Shown here: piece by piece, positions 8,471-18,478 of the stretch
How the letters are laid out: each line of letters starts with the position of its first letter
How positions within the stretch are numbered: position 1 is the first letter of the stretch
Assembly: GCA_964410765.1 (NCBI GenBank)
Contig: CAYPII010000004.1
Span: forward strand, 1-49,234
DNA: 49,234 nt
From: an uncultured Myxococcales bacterium
Lineage (GTDB): Bacteria; UBA10199; 2-02-FULL-44-16; JAAZCA01
Direction: 5' to 3'
The notes under the pieces: model-generated
Databases searched by the model: none
What the model was told of the DNA's origin: nothing
The model's input: only the letters and a program-made list of their open reading frames with translations
Position numbers and translations under genes: made by a program

Positions 8471-10606
8471 ATGGATATCACCGACATCCGGATCACCGAT
8501 CTGGCACAGGAGCCCGTGCATGCATGGGTCAGCCGCATCGTCGAGGCAGCGGCGGCAATCGGCCGCGCCGACGATGCAAGGGCGATCGACCGCCTGCGCG
8601 ATTTTCTGGCGACGCCGCGCACGATCATGGATGCCGAGGAGGCAAACGCGCTGGAGGAGGACATCGTCCAGCTCTACCGACGCACCGTCCGAGGCGGCGT
8701 GGATGTCCTCCGCCTGGAACACCAACGCTTCGCAAAACAGTTCGACCGCTTTCAGGAGAGCGGCACCGTTGTCATAGAGGACAGTTGGGGCGAGCTCTCG
8801 CTGCGCAATCCGCCGAATGTGACGCTTACGGATGAAGAACTCTTCAGCGCCTACCCGGATATCGGCACCACGGCCCAGCAACTCACGTGGCGCGCCGGCG
8901 GACATGTCGCCACTTTCTCGAGCCCCTTTGTGCAGACCCACCTCGACGGCCTGCGTTCGCTTGCCGAGGAGATCGATCGCATCGGTCTGGAGCACCCGAT
9001 CGAGGCGCGCCGCACCCTCCACCGCATCAACAAACGCCTGCTCCTCATCGACCGCCTCCTGCACACGCCCCCCGATGTGATTCCCCAGGAGGCCATCGAA
9101 GCCATCGAGGCAATCGGCCTGGCCCTCTCCGACGAGACGGTCTTCGTCGGCGATGAGGCACCGATCAAGATGCTCTATCAGGTCATCAAGCAGTCCATTA
9201 CGGAGAAGCGCTTCGATGCCGACCTCATGCGTGCGATCATCGAGACCCGCCTGCGAATCCTGGAGGGGCATCCGGACGGACCGCTCGTCGACCCAATGCA
9301 TGTCATCGATCCCGTAAACGACAACCCCCGTTTGAATCAACAGCACATCGAACACCTCGTCACGGAACTGCGCACCGTGGTCGAACGGTATCGGGCCGAG
9401 GGTCGCCACATGCCGCTCGAAGACCTCGCCACCACCGCGATCGAACCCTCGCCCCTCTCCCACACGCGCGAGAAATTCATCCGGAGGGGAGTGGAACAGG
9501 TCGAGGATCCGGCCTTCTGGCTCGGCGTCGATGTCGCCGAAGGATACCTGCGCTCGGAGACTCCCCGAAACGCCCTCCTCGCTTTGGAGCTCTTCGAATT
9601 CAGCGCCTCCTATTCGAAGGCGATCCTGCTGATGGCGGCCTTTCGGATGAAGGTGGGAAGGGAGAGCACCCTCTTCACGCAGACGATCGTCCCGACAATC
9701 CTGGAGTCCTTCATCAACGACTTCCGCATCGGCTGGCTGATCCAGCAATTCGATGCCCGGCGCCAGGAGAAGGGAGAAGCGAATCTTCCGTCGGAGATCG
9801 TGGAACGTCTCCCGGAACGACTGGAACAACTGCTGTCGGAGGAACGTCCGATCCATCTCGAGTTCGGCGGCGGCATGACGCCGGACGGCATCCGCATCGC
9901 CCATCGCCGCCCCGAGGGCATCGTGCTCTCCATCGATCCCTTTGTGCAGCACGTCGTCTCCCCGCCAAACGCCTTCTCCCCCCCTCCCCTGAATTTCGAA
10001 CGCGTCCACGGCTACGCCGAGGAGCTCGTCCCCTTCGGCTCCTTCGCCGAAAGCGCGGTTGCGGTCGCGCCGCATCCGGATAATGCGCCGTTCATGCTCC
10101 TCGCAGCCCTGCTCACCGTGCAGCCGGGGGGAACGGTCGACTTCTATCTGTTCCGGAAGGAAACTGACCTGCAGGAGCTCGCACGCTCCTTCGGCTATGC
10201 GACCGAGACGATGCGCATCGCGGCCGGCGACGAGGACTTTCCGATGAGCACCGCCTTCCGGCAGGAGGCGGAGGTCGAACGACTGCGCATCCGCATCCCA
10301 TACCGCACACCCCCGGTCGAGGGGCCTCCCCCCTATCGGAGGCGTACGCCCCAAACGGAAGACGATTCCTCGGGAGGGGCCTCGGCCTCCGACGCCACCG
10401 TGACGCGCAGCGCTTCGCACTTCGCCGGTTTTACCGAGGGTGAAACCGCACAGACGATCGACACCTCGACCTGGCTCATGCTCGTCGGGGAAGAGGAACC
10501 GACGGCACTCGAAACCACGGTGACAGACGGGACGCTCCCCCTTCCTTCGGCAAGGGGAGCGGCGCCGGCGGCGAGCACCGCAGCGCGCCCGATCACGCCG
10601 AAGTAA
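8471..10606 (+). CDS. Orphan protein with a degenerate class I SAM-methyltransferase-like domain and FAGF tail (711 aa)
   Basis: IHLEFGGGMTPDGIRIAHRRPEGIVLSIDP resembles motifs I/II of TrmB-like MTases; LLTVQPGGTVDF resembles motif VI. Start chosen from paralogy with 10617 and to avoid the tRNAs. Confidence 0.75.
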   Translation: MDITDIRITDLAQEPVHAWVSRIVEAAAAIGRADDARAIDRLRDFLATPRTIMDAEEANALEEDIVQLYRRTVRGGVDVLRLEHQRFAKQFDRFQESGTVVIEDSWGELSLRNPPNVTLTDEELFSAYPDIGTTAQQLTWRAGGHVATFSSPFVQTHLDGLRSLAEEIDRIGLEHPIEARRTLHRINKRLLLIDRLLHTPPDVIPQEAIEAIEAIGLALSDETVFVGDEAPIKMLYQVIKQSITEKRFDADLMRAIIETRLRILEGHPDGPLVDPMHVIDPVNDNPRLNQQHIEHLVTELRTVVERYRAEGRHMPLEDLATTAIEPSPLSHTREKFIRRGVEQVEDPAFWLGVDVAEGYLRSETPRNALLALELFEFSASYSKAILLMAAFRMKVGRESTLFTQTIVPTILESFINDFRIGWLIQQFDARRQEKGEANLPSEIVERLPERLEQLLSEERPIHLEFGGGMTPDGIRIAHRRPEGIVLSIDPFVQHVVSPPNAFSPPPLNFERVHGYAEELVPFGSFAESAVAVAPHPDNAPFMLLAALLTVQPGGTVDFYLFRKETDLQELARSFGYATETMRIAAGDEDFPMSTAFRQEAEVERLRIRIPYRTPPVEGPPPYRRRTPQTEDDSSGGASASDATVTRSASHFAGFTEGETAQTIDTSTWLMLVGEEEPTALETTVTDGTLPLPSARGAAPAASTAARPITPK

Positions 10607-10616
10607 CGCAACCGAT

Positions 10617-13592
10617 ATGGATATCCGCGACCTCCAGCTTGCCGATTTTGCCGATCCCGCCGTGCGGCTGTGGGGAAGACGCGTCCTCATGCAGTCGGAA
10701 CTCGCCAACCTCGCCATCCCCGACGAAAACGCTTCGCTCTCCCGAGCGCTGGATTCGCCCTGGTACTATGGACCCACGGAGGCAGCGGCGATCCGACAGC
10801 AATTCGTCGATCTCTACGAGCGGGTCGTGGGACGATCCTCCGGACACGCGCTCGACATCGGCCGGCAGTCCTTTCCGGGAATAACACGCCTCTTCGCTCC
10901 CCATGTCCACGCTGCGGGGGGACGCTCGCTCGCCTCGCTCACCGACGACGCCCTCTTCGCGCGCTACGGCGATGTGGCCATCGCTGCGGAACACCTCTTT
11001 CAGCGTGCCGGCCACCTCGCCGGAGAATGCCCGCAGGAGACGATCCGAAGAGAGCTCGACGCAATCGCCCGGCTGCTGACGGCGATTGCCGAACGGGGCC
11101 GAGACCGCCCAGCGCTTGCGCGACAGTTGCTCGCGCGCGCCGAGGGGCGCATCATGCAACTCGAGACGCATCTGAACATGTCCGCAGCGTCCCGCGAGGC
11201 ATCGCTGCCGCTCCCACCAATCGACGGACTCGAAGGGGAGGGCGTGGCGGACTGGCAACGGCGCTTCGGAAGTGCAATTCCCCCGCCGACATCGTTCGAT
11301 CCGGCTGCGGATCGCGCCCTCGCCGCCGCCGCCGATCGTTTCCGCGAAGGGCGCAATCAGGTGTATGAGGAACTGGTTGCGTCGTCGCTCCAGGCGAGGA
11401 TGACCGAACAAGAAGTTGCGGAGGCAATCGCACAGACCGAAGACCCCTTCTTTTCCAATGCCGTCGACTCCATCTCGACACAGCTTGAACACGCAGCCCC
11501 GAACGCAGCGCTCGGTTTCCTCCGCACATTTTCACTCCGCTCCTCCTACGCCGGAACAATTCTTCTGACCGCCGTCGCCGAGCGGCGCTTCGGCCGCAAC
11601 AGCAATCTCTTTCAGGAACAGCTTAAGCCCCCGTTGCTCCGGGGCCTCGCCGGCGACCGCCTGCCTCCGGCGGAATGGGAGGAAGCACCGCAGGATGCAT
11701 CGCTGTTGCCGGAGAAGCTCTCGCTTCTCCTCGAGCAGGCGAAGCGTACCGGTCAACGCATCCATCTCGAATTCGGCGGCGCAACCCATCCGCAAGGGGC
11801 GATGATCGCGACCCAATATCATGATGACATGGTGATCTCGATCGACCCCCAGGCAAACAAAATCCTCTGGCGGAACTTGGTCGTCGTCCACGCACCGAAC
11901 AACTTCTTCTTCCTGCGGGGCTTCGCGGAAGAGGCCGCCCTCTTCGCCCACGATGACCCGTTCGCGGAGAGCGCCACGATCGTCCATCCGCAGGCCTACA
12001 ACCTGCCGCGGCTTCTGTTCTCGGCGCTGCTCTCCGTCCGTCCCGGGGGAACGATCGACCTCTATCATCGTTCCCTCGAAACGCCGGAGTATATGTGGCG
12101 GGAGGATGTCGCCTGGTTGGAGGAGCTCGGCGCGACGATCGACGTCAACACCTTCTCCTGGGACCGGTATGAGGGCCCGCACGCGGGCCAATTCGTAGAG
12201 GGGGAGGAGATCGTTCACCTCCGCATCACCGTCCCGGCGCTCGATACAAATGCAGCGGGAACGCCGGATGGCACCAACGGTTCGGAGGACCAGGCGACCG
12301 GGCCGCTGCGAACGATCTCCGGACCATCGGCGGCGGGGCATTCCGCACAGGAGGCCGCCCGCAAACGCATCCCGGCGCTTACCGCGCAACTCCAGAGCGA
12401 ATTCGACTTCCGTCGCGCAACGCGGCAACAGCTTCCCATGGAGGAACGTGTTTTCCGACGCGACATTCTTCGCGATAATGACCGGGATTGGATCCCCGAA
12501 CAGCGACGACTCGAGCGGCCCGGCGCCGACCGCCTCTTCGACGATGCGGCCGAACTCGTGGGCCTGCACCTCCATACGGAGACACCGGAGCACATCACTC
12601 CCCTGCTCGAAGGTTTTGCACTCCCGAAGAACTATGAACGGGCGATCCTGCTCTCGGGGGCCTACGCCTTTCGCGTCGGCGCGGAGAGCGATCTCTATCG
12701 AACACTCTTCTATCCGGCAATCGTCCGGCCGATCATCTCCTATCTCCCCCGTCCGGAACCGCTGGCCTTCGAAGATGCTCTCGTCCCGCCCGTGGAGGCG
12801 ATTTTTCCCACACTGCTCGCGACGGCGGAACGGGAAGGACGGGAGATCCATCTGGAATTCGGCGGCTTCATGACGCCCGACGGCATTCGCATCGCCAATG
12901 AGCAGCCGGAGCTGCTCGTCGCCTCGATCGATCCGACGGCGAGCACCATCGTGAAGGAGTTGATTCCCGCCACCGCACAATACGAAAACTTCATCCACCT
13001 GCGCGGCGATGCGGAGCGGATCGCCCCCTGGGCTGCCCTGAATCCGTTCGCCTCCAGCGCGTCGATCGTCGCCCCCTCCCCGGCAACCCTGGATGGCTTG
13101 ATGCTCTCCGCCCTGCTCGCCGTACGGCCGGGGGGAACGATCACGATCTTTTCCCTCGAACGCGAGAGCATGGATATCCCCTTTCTGCATCGTTTGAATC
13201 TTCCGGTCGAACAGCGTTCCTTCCGATGGTCATTGCAGGAGGGACCCTACAGCACTTACCTGCGGGAGGGGGAGATCGTCACCCGGACGGACATCCGGGT
13301 CCGTGCGTTCGGAGAAACGGGAATGGGCTCGCCGCCGCTGGAAGGGACGGACGATGCAAAATCGAGCGCGATCCCAAACACGCCGGCCGGAAATGCGGCG
13401 AGCGCGGCACACTTCGCGGGCTTCGCGGATGATCCGACCACAGCATCGCCCTCGATCGCTCTCCAGATCCTGCTCCAGGATGGCGGGAACGAGAGCGAAC
13501 CCCTCCTCGATGTCGCAAACGCCCCGGCGGCGCCCTTCCCCGCCGCAGCCGCCGCCCGTATTCGCCCGACGCATCTGCCCAAGGCGAAGTAA
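10617..13592 (+). CDS. Paralogous orphan protein with two tandem MTase-like modules and FAGF tail (991 aa)
   Basis: IHLEFGG...SIDP and VRPGGTI each occur twice; N-terminus MDIRDLQLADFA resembles MDITDIRITDLA. Confidence 0.8.
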   Translation: MDIRDLQLADFADPAVRLWGRRVLMQSELANLAIPDENASLSRALDSPWYYGPTEAAAIRQQFVDLYERVVGRSSGHALDIGRQSFPGITRLFAPHVHAAGGRSLASLTDDALFARYGDVAIAAEHLFQRAGHLAGECPQETIRRELDAIARLLTAIAERGRDRPALARQLLARAEGRIMQLETHLNMSAASREASLPLPPIDGLEGEGVADWQRRFGSAIPPPTSFDPAADRALAAAADRFREGRNQVYEELVASSLQARMTEQEVAEAIAQTEDPFFSNAVDSISTQLEHAAPNAALGFLRTFSLRSSYAGTILLTAVAERRFGRNSNLFQEQLKPPLLRGLAGDRLPPAEWEEAPQDASLLPEKLSLLLEQAKRTGQRIHLEFGGATHPQGAMIATQYHDDMVISIDPQANKILWRNLVVVHAPNNFFFLRGFAEEAALFAHDDPFAESATIVHPQAYNLPRLLFSALLSVRPGGTIDLYHRSLETPEYMWREDVAWLEELGATIDVNTFSWDRYEGPHAGQFVEGEEIVHLRITVPALDTNAAGTPDGTNGSEDQATGPLRTISGPSAAGHSAQEAARKRIPALTAQLQSEFDFRRATRQQLPMEERVFRRDILRDNDRDWIPEQRRLERPGADRLFDDAAELVGLHLHTETPEHITPLLEGFALPKNYERAILLSGAYAFRVGAESDLYRTLFYPAIVRPIISYLPRPEPLAFEDALVPPVEAIFPTLLATAEREGREIHLEFGGFMTPDGIRIANEQPELLVASIDPTASTIVKELIPATAQYENFIHLRGDAERIAPWAALNPFASSASIVAPSPATLDGLMLSALLAVRPGGTITIFSLERESMDIPFLHRLNLPVEQRSFRWSLQEGPYSTYLREGEIVTRTDIRVRAFGETGMGSPPLEGTDDAKSSAIPNTPAGNAASAAHFAGFADDPTTASPSIALQILLQDGGNESEPLLDVANAPAAPFPAAAAARIRPTHLPKAK

Positions 13593-13597
13593 TCGGC

Positions 13598-14074
13598 CTA
13601 GCCTTTTTTTCCCTTCCGACGATCGCGAAAGAAATCGGTGAGGAGCTGCCCGCACTCCTCGGCGAGGACGCTGTGGATAACCTCGATGCGGTGGTTGAGG
13701 CGCGCGTCGTCGTGCACGTGGTAGAGCGAGCCCATCGCCCCCGCCTTTGCATCAGCGCAGCCGTAGACAACGCGCGGGACGCGCGCCTGCAGCAGGGCCC
13801 CCGAACACATGAGGCATGGCTCGCAGGTGACGTAGATCGTGATCCGTTCCAGCCGCCAGCTGCGCAACTCGCGAGAAATTTTTTCGAGCAAGAGCAGTTC
13901 CGCATGGCCGAGCGGATCGTGCGTCGCCTCGCGCACGTTGTGCGCGCGCGCGACGATCCCGTCGCCCGAAACCGCAACGGCGCCCACCGGGACCTCGCCG
14001 GCTGACGCGGCTTTGCGGGCCTCCGCGATCGCCTCGCGCATCCATCGTTCATGCGTTTCCATCGTCGTCGTCAT
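13598..14074 (-). CDS. tadA: tRNA adenosine(34) deaminase
   Basis: GEVPVGAV, HAE, EPCLMC, DAKAGA, LNHR. Start could instead be 14062. Confidence 0.95.
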   Translation of the reverse strand: MTTTMETHERWMREAIAEARKAASAGEVPVGAVAVSGDGIVARAHNVREATHDPLGHAELLLLEKISRELRSWRLERITIYVTCEPCLMCSGALLQARVPRVVYGCADAKAGAMGSLYHVHDDARLNHRIEVIHSVLAEECGQLLTDFFRDRRKGKKG

Positions 14075-14148
14075 GCCGCGCTCCGTTCTCACGAGAGAAG
14101 AAAGACGGGAAACCGTTTTGTCAACAGCATTCGCCGTGCGATTTCGTA

Positions 14149-14177
14149 TTGCATTTCGAAAAGCTTTTCTCCATTAT
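14149..14177 (+). promoter_or_regulatory. sigma70-like promoter, probably leaderless
   Basis: TTGCAT-N17-CATTAT, 8 nt before ATG 14186; no SD. Confidence 0.5.
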
Positions 14178-14185
14178 CCGCCGCC

Positions 14186-15157
14186 ATGTTACTCAAATAC
14201 ATCCAAATCTCAAACCTGAACATCAACGACGACAGCTTCCGCATCACCTTTGCGCCGAAGCTGGAGTCCCTCGAGGCCTCCATTCGGTCGGTCGGGATCA
14301 TCGTCCCGATCATCGTGCGGCACACGCCGGAGGGAACCTACCAGATCGTCAGCGGCTACAAGCGCGTGCTGGCCATGCAGAACCTGGCACGCCAGTCGCT
14401 GCCAGCGCTGGTGCACGAGGCGAACGACCTCTCGCCCACGCAGGCCTTCCTGTGGAATTTGCACGAGAACGCCTCCGCGCGGCGTTTGAACATCATCGAG
14501 CAGGCGGTCGCCGTGCAGAAGCTCCACCAGTTTCTCTCGATCCCCGAACAGGAACTCGTCAACCAGTTCCTCCCGCTGCTCGGCGAAGCACCCAGCTACA
14601 AGATCCTGCACCAGCTCCTCTCGCTGGGCAGCTTGACGGAACCGCTGAAAAACCACGTCGTGCAGAAGGATGTGGCGCTCTCGTCGGCCGCGCGCATCGC
14701 GGAGTTCACGCCGGCCACGCAGCAGGAGTTGCTCGGCGTGCTCACGCACATCAAGCCCTCCACGAATAAGCTCAACGAGCTGCTCGCCCTCCTGCGCGAG
14801 ATCTCCGCACGCGACGGGCTCTCCGTCGAGGAGATCCTTTCGCGCTATCAGCTCCTGCAGGTCGTCGCCGACCCGAACGCCTCGCCGGCCGACAAGGTCC
14901 GTGCGTTGCGCCAGGCGCTGCGCGGCGTACGCCTCCCGCAGCTCACCGAGCGGCAGAAGCAGCTCGCGTCGCTCATCGAGAGTCTCAACCTCCCGACGAC
15001 GGCGAAGGTCGTCGCGGATCCCTACTTCGAGAACGACAAGATCAAGCTCGAGTACCAGTTCTCGCAACCGGAGGAGCTGGGAGAGCTCATCAAGCAGATC
15101 CAGCAGGCCTTCGAGCAGCAGAAGTGGCAGCAGATATTCGAGTGGTATCGCGCGTAA
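14186..15157 (+). CDS. ParB/Srx N-terminal domain protein
   Basis: LEASIRSVGIIVPIIV...YQIVSGYKR...ENASARRLNIIEQA matches the ParB N-domain pattern. Confidence 0.85.
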   Translation: MLLKYIQISNLNINDDSFRITFAPKLESLEASIRSVGIIVPIIVRHTPEGTYQIVSGYKRVLAMQNLARQSLPALVHEANDLSPTQAFLWNLHENASARRLNIIEQAVAVQKLHQFLSIPEQELVNQFLPLLGEAPSYKILHQLLSLGSLTEPLKNHVVQKDVALSSAARIAEFTPATQQELLGVLTHIKPSTNKLNELLALLREISARDGLSVEEILSRYQLLQVVADPNASPADKVRALRQALRGVRLPQLTERQKQLASLIESLNLPTTAKVVADPYFENDKIKLEYQFSQPEELGELIKQIQQAFEQQKWQQIFEWYRA

Positions 15158-15163
15158 CCGGAC

Positions 15164-16321
15164 ATGGCTTCGTTTCCCAACGTTCAGCGATTGGCGGATC
15201 GGCGAAGGAAGCGCAAGGCGCTCCCCTTCGCGCCCGAGCAGGTCTGGGTCGATCGCGCCGTGGCGAATCATCCGCAGACGCTGCGCATCCTCAACCGGCT
15301 CGCCGGCGTGCGCGTCGACGTCGCCGAGGACCTCAAGCGCCTCAAGCGCCCAATGCCCGCCGACGAGGCGAAGCGTCAGCTCCTGCTGACCGCCCATCGC
15401 GGCGCCGCCTTCAAGCCCTGTCAGGGGATCGGCCCCGGGCACCGCTGCTGCGACTACCGCGTGATCGATCTCGTCTCCGGCTGCCCGATGGCGTGCAGCT
15501 ACTGCATCCTGCAGTCCTACCTCGCGAACAATCCGATGACGACGGTCGCCGTCAACCTCGAGGAGATCCTGGGCGAAGTCTCGGCCTTCCTCGACGCCCA
15601 TCCGCAGCGCACCTTCCGGATCGGCACCGGCGAACTGGGCGATAGTTTGGCGCTCGATCCGATCCTCGACTTCGCCAGCATCCTCGTCCCCTTCTTCGCG
15701 GGGAGGAAGAACGCGATCTTCGAGCTCAAGACGAAGAGCGCCTTCGTCGATGGGCTACTGGACCTGCGCCACGAGGGACGCACCGTCATCGCCTGGTCGC
15801 TCAACACCCCCGCGATCGTGGAGCATGACGAGCGCGGCACCGCCACGCTCGACGAACGTTTTTCCGCGGCGGCGAAGGCGGCGGCGGCCGGCTACCGCGT
15901 CGCCTTCCACTTCGACCCGATCGTCCTCATCACCGGTTCGCGCGAGGAGATCGCCGAATACGAAGCGGTAATCGACCGTCTCTTCGCGGCGGTGGAACCG
16001 CACCGCATCGCCTGGGTGAGCTTAGGCCTGCTGCGCTATCCGCCCGATCTCCCGCAGCGCGCACGCGAACAGTTCCCCGAGACGCGGCTCTACACCGGCG
16101 AGCTCGTCCCCACCGGCGACAAAATGCGCTACCCGCGCTTCATCCGCCAGGCCGCGTACAAGCCGCTCTGGGAGAAGCTCACCGCAAAGCTCTCGCCCCA
16201 CAAGGTCTATCTCTGCATGGAGACACAAGCGGTGTGGGACCGGATCGATCCCACCGTCCAGTCGAACCGCTGCATCGAGAAGCGCCTCGCCAGCGGCGCG
16301 GCCGACCCCTTCTCATCATAA
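15164..16321 (+). CDS. Spore photoproduct lyase (SplB)-like radical SAM protein
   Basis: GCPMACSYC (CxxxCxxC), RIGTGELGDSLALD, ELKTKS, WSLN, HFDPIV, YLCME. Confidence 0.88.
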   Translation: MASFPNVQRLADRRRKRKALPFAPEQVWVDRAVANHPQTLRILNRLAGVRVDVAEDLKRLKRPMPADEAKRQLLLTAHRGAAFKPCQGIGPGHRCCDYRVIDLVSGCPMACSYCILQSYLANNPMTTVAVNLEEILGEVSAFLDAHPQRTFRIGTGELGDSLALDPILDFASILVPFFAGRKNAIFELKTKSAFVDGLLDLRHEGRTVIAWSLNTPAIVEHDERGTATLDERFSAAAKAAAAGYRVAFHFDPIVLITGSREEIAEYEAVIDRLFAAVEPHRIAWVSLGLLRYPPDLPQRAREQFPETRLYTGELVPTGDKMRYPRFIRQAAYKPLWEKLTAKLSPHKVYLCMETQAVWDRIDPTVQSNRCIEKRLASGAADPFSS

Positions 16322-16335
16322 TCGCGAATAGACGA

Positions 16336-17226
16336 TCAACTGCCGGAACCGCCGGGCTTGCGCGGGACCTGCGGCGGTGTGATTTCCACCGAGGAGACGA
16401 CGCCGGTGTCAAATGAGGCGATGAGGATGCTCTTCTCGGCCCGATGGAAGGCGACCCCGGCGGGCGAGGAGATGCCCAGGGCGAAGTCGAAGAGGGCGAA
16501 GTTGGGCGCCACGCGGAAGACTGCACCCAGCGCCGTACTGCCCACGTACGCATTACCGGCGTCGTCGGCCGCCGCCCCCTCGACGGTGCTCAGAAAGACA
16601 TTCGGCATCGGCTGCTGTTTTCCCGACCGATCCAGGGCGATGACCTGCCCCGCGCTCCAACCGGCCACGACGAAGAGCTGCCGGCCGCTCGCCCAGGCGA
16701 TGCCGTGCGGCTGGCCCAGCATCGCGCCGGTGACGAAGGGGGTCACCTCGTGCTGGCGCTCCGGATCGATGCGGTAGATCGCATTCCCCGGGCCGTCGGT
16801 GACATAGAGCGCGCCGTCCGGCCCGATCGCGATGTCGTAGAGGTGCTGCACCGGCAATTCGCCGAAGTTGATGTCGTAGAGCGGCTTCTTCTTCCCCAGG
16901 TCGAAGACGTGCAGCTCGTCGATGTCGGCCACGTAAAGGCGTTCTGCGATGATCTCCATTCCCTTCGGGGCGTGCAGCGTGATCCCGCGCTTCGCTCCAT
17001 CGATGAAGCGCATGTCGTCGACCGTCCCGTCCCCCTTGAGCCGCGAGATGAAGCCATTGCCGTCGCGGGAGTTCGGGTTGCCGTTGACGTTGGAGACATA
17101 GAGGTAGTTGTGCCGGGCATCCACGGTGATGCCGTAGGGCCCCGAGAAGTCCTTCGCTTCGAAGGCATGCGCTGCAAGGGGTGCGAGGAAAACGGCCAGA
17201 GCCAGAAATAGTGTTGTTGTTTTCAT
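16336..17226 (-). CDS. Secreted beta-propeller protein (SMP-30/gluconolactonase-like)
   Basis: Signal peptide ending AHA; repeats PYGI, LYVSNVNG, APKGM, LYVAD, PHGI. Confidence 0.8.
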   Translation of the reverse strand: MKTTTLFLALAVFLAPLAAHAFEAKDFSGPYGITVDARHNYLYVSNVNGNPNSRDGNGFISRLKGDGTVDDMRFIDGAKRGITLHAPKGMEIIAERLYVADIDELHVFDLGKKKPLYDINFGELPVQHLYDIAIGPDGALYVTDGPGNAIYRIDPERQHEVTPFVTGAMLGQPHGIAWASGRQLFVVAGWSAGQVIALDRSGKQQPMPNVFLSTVEGAAADDAGNAYVGSTALGAVFRVAPNFALFDFALGISSPAGVAFHRAEKSILIASFDTGVVSSVEITPPQVPRKPGGSGS

Positions 17227-17259
17227 GGGTTAGGAGGGTACTCGTTTCCCCGCGCCCTG

Positions 17260-17934
17260 TCAACGCGCGCGCTTGATCGCGCCGACCAGGCGGTCCGCCT
17301 CGCGGGTCGGCGTGGGAATCCGCGTGCGGTCGAGGCAACCGAGTACGATCTCGATCGCGGAGGGGAGGTCGATGCGGTGGCCGATCGAGACATAGATCGG
17401 CTTCACGTTCCTTCGCGTGCGCAGGACCGCGCCGACGACCTCGCCCTTGTCGACAAGCGGCATCCCGTCACCGACCTCCGGACCGGGCTCGGCGTGCTCG
17501 CCGCAGAGGCGCGACTTGGCCACGCCGATCGTCGGAAGCCCCAGCCACAACCCCATGTGCGTCGCCAACCCCATCCCGCGCGGATGGGCGATCCCCTGCC
17601 CGTCGAAGAGGACGACGTCCGGGACGCAGTCAATCTCCGCAAAGGCCTTCAGGAGGACCGGCGCCTCGCGAAAGGTCAGCAGCCCCGGTATATATGGATA
17701 CGTGAGCTTCGCGCGCAACGTTTGCCGCTCGATCTCCGCGAACTCCGGGAACGAGAAGACGATGACCGCGCCGATCCCCTCGTTTCGTTTCGTATCGATC
17801 GCCATGTCGCACCCGGCGACCGTGCGCACGACCTTGAAATCACGCTTGCGCACGACCTTCGCACGCAGCTCTTCCTGTAGGGCGATGGCCTCCTTTGGGG
17901 TGAGATCCCAGCGATGGAGCGGAGGGAACTTCAT
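17260..17934 (-). CDS. nfi: Endonuclease V (deoxyinosine 3' endonuclease)
   Basis: VAGCD, PYIPGLLTFREAP, DGQGIAHPR, GVAKS, SIGH, PTREAD. Confidence 0.97.
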   Translation of the reverse strand: MKFPPLHRWDLTPKEAIALQEELRAKVVRKRDFKVVRTVAGCDMAIDTKRNEGIGAVIVFSFPEFAEIERQTLRAKLTYPYIPGLLTFREAPVLLKAFAEIDCVPDVVLFDGQGIAHPRGMGLATHMGLWLGLPTIGVAKSRLCGEHAEPGPEVGDGMPLVDKGEVVGAVLRTRRNVKPIYVSIGHRIDLPSAIEIVLGCLDRTRIPTPTREADRLVGAIKRAR

Positions 17935-18452
17935 GTGCGCTCGGCTGAGCCGATGAAGGGGAGCTCCCGATAGCGCTGCGCGTAATCGATGCCGTAGCCG
18001 ACGACAAAGACGTCGGGGAGGGTGAGGCCGAGATAGTCGATCGCCTCCTTCGGATAGCTCTGGCGCTCCGATTCCTTGTAGAGCAGCACGCCGGTCGCCA
18101 CACTCTTCGCACCCTTCCGCTCGAGGCGCTCGCGGGCGAAGCGCAGCGACTGTCCCGTGTCGACGATGTCCTCGATGATGATCACGTCGCGGCCCTCGAC
18201 CGGCAGCGTCACGTCGAGGAGCAGCTTGATCTCGCCGGCGGTCATCCGGTCCTCGTAGCTGGATATCTTGAGGAAGTCGCAGGCACAGGGGATTGCCGCC
18301 CTGCGAATCAGGTCGGCCAGGAACATGAACGATCCGGTGAGGATGCCGACGAGCAACGGATTACGATCGGCGTAATCGCGCCGGATATCCTCCGCCAGGC
18401 GCGCGACCGCCTCGGCGATCTGCTGTTCGGAAAAGAGCGGGGTGACGTTCAC
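17931..18452 (-). CDS. hpt: Hypoxanthine phosphoribosyltransferase
   Basis: VIIIEDIVDTGQSL PRPP motif, FVVGYGIDY; GTG start after GGGAGG. Confidence 0.95.
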   Translation of the reverse strand: MNVTPLFSEQQIAEAVARLAEDIRRDYADRNPLLVGILTGSFMFLADLIRRAAIPCACDFLKISSYEDRMTAGEIKLLLDVTLPVEGRDVIIIEDIVDTGQSLRFARERLERKGAKSVATGVLLYKESERQSYPKEAIDYLGLTLPDVFVVGYGIDYAQRYRELPFIGSAERT

Positions 18453-18478
18453 GGCGCCTCCCATCTCAGGAAAGAGCA

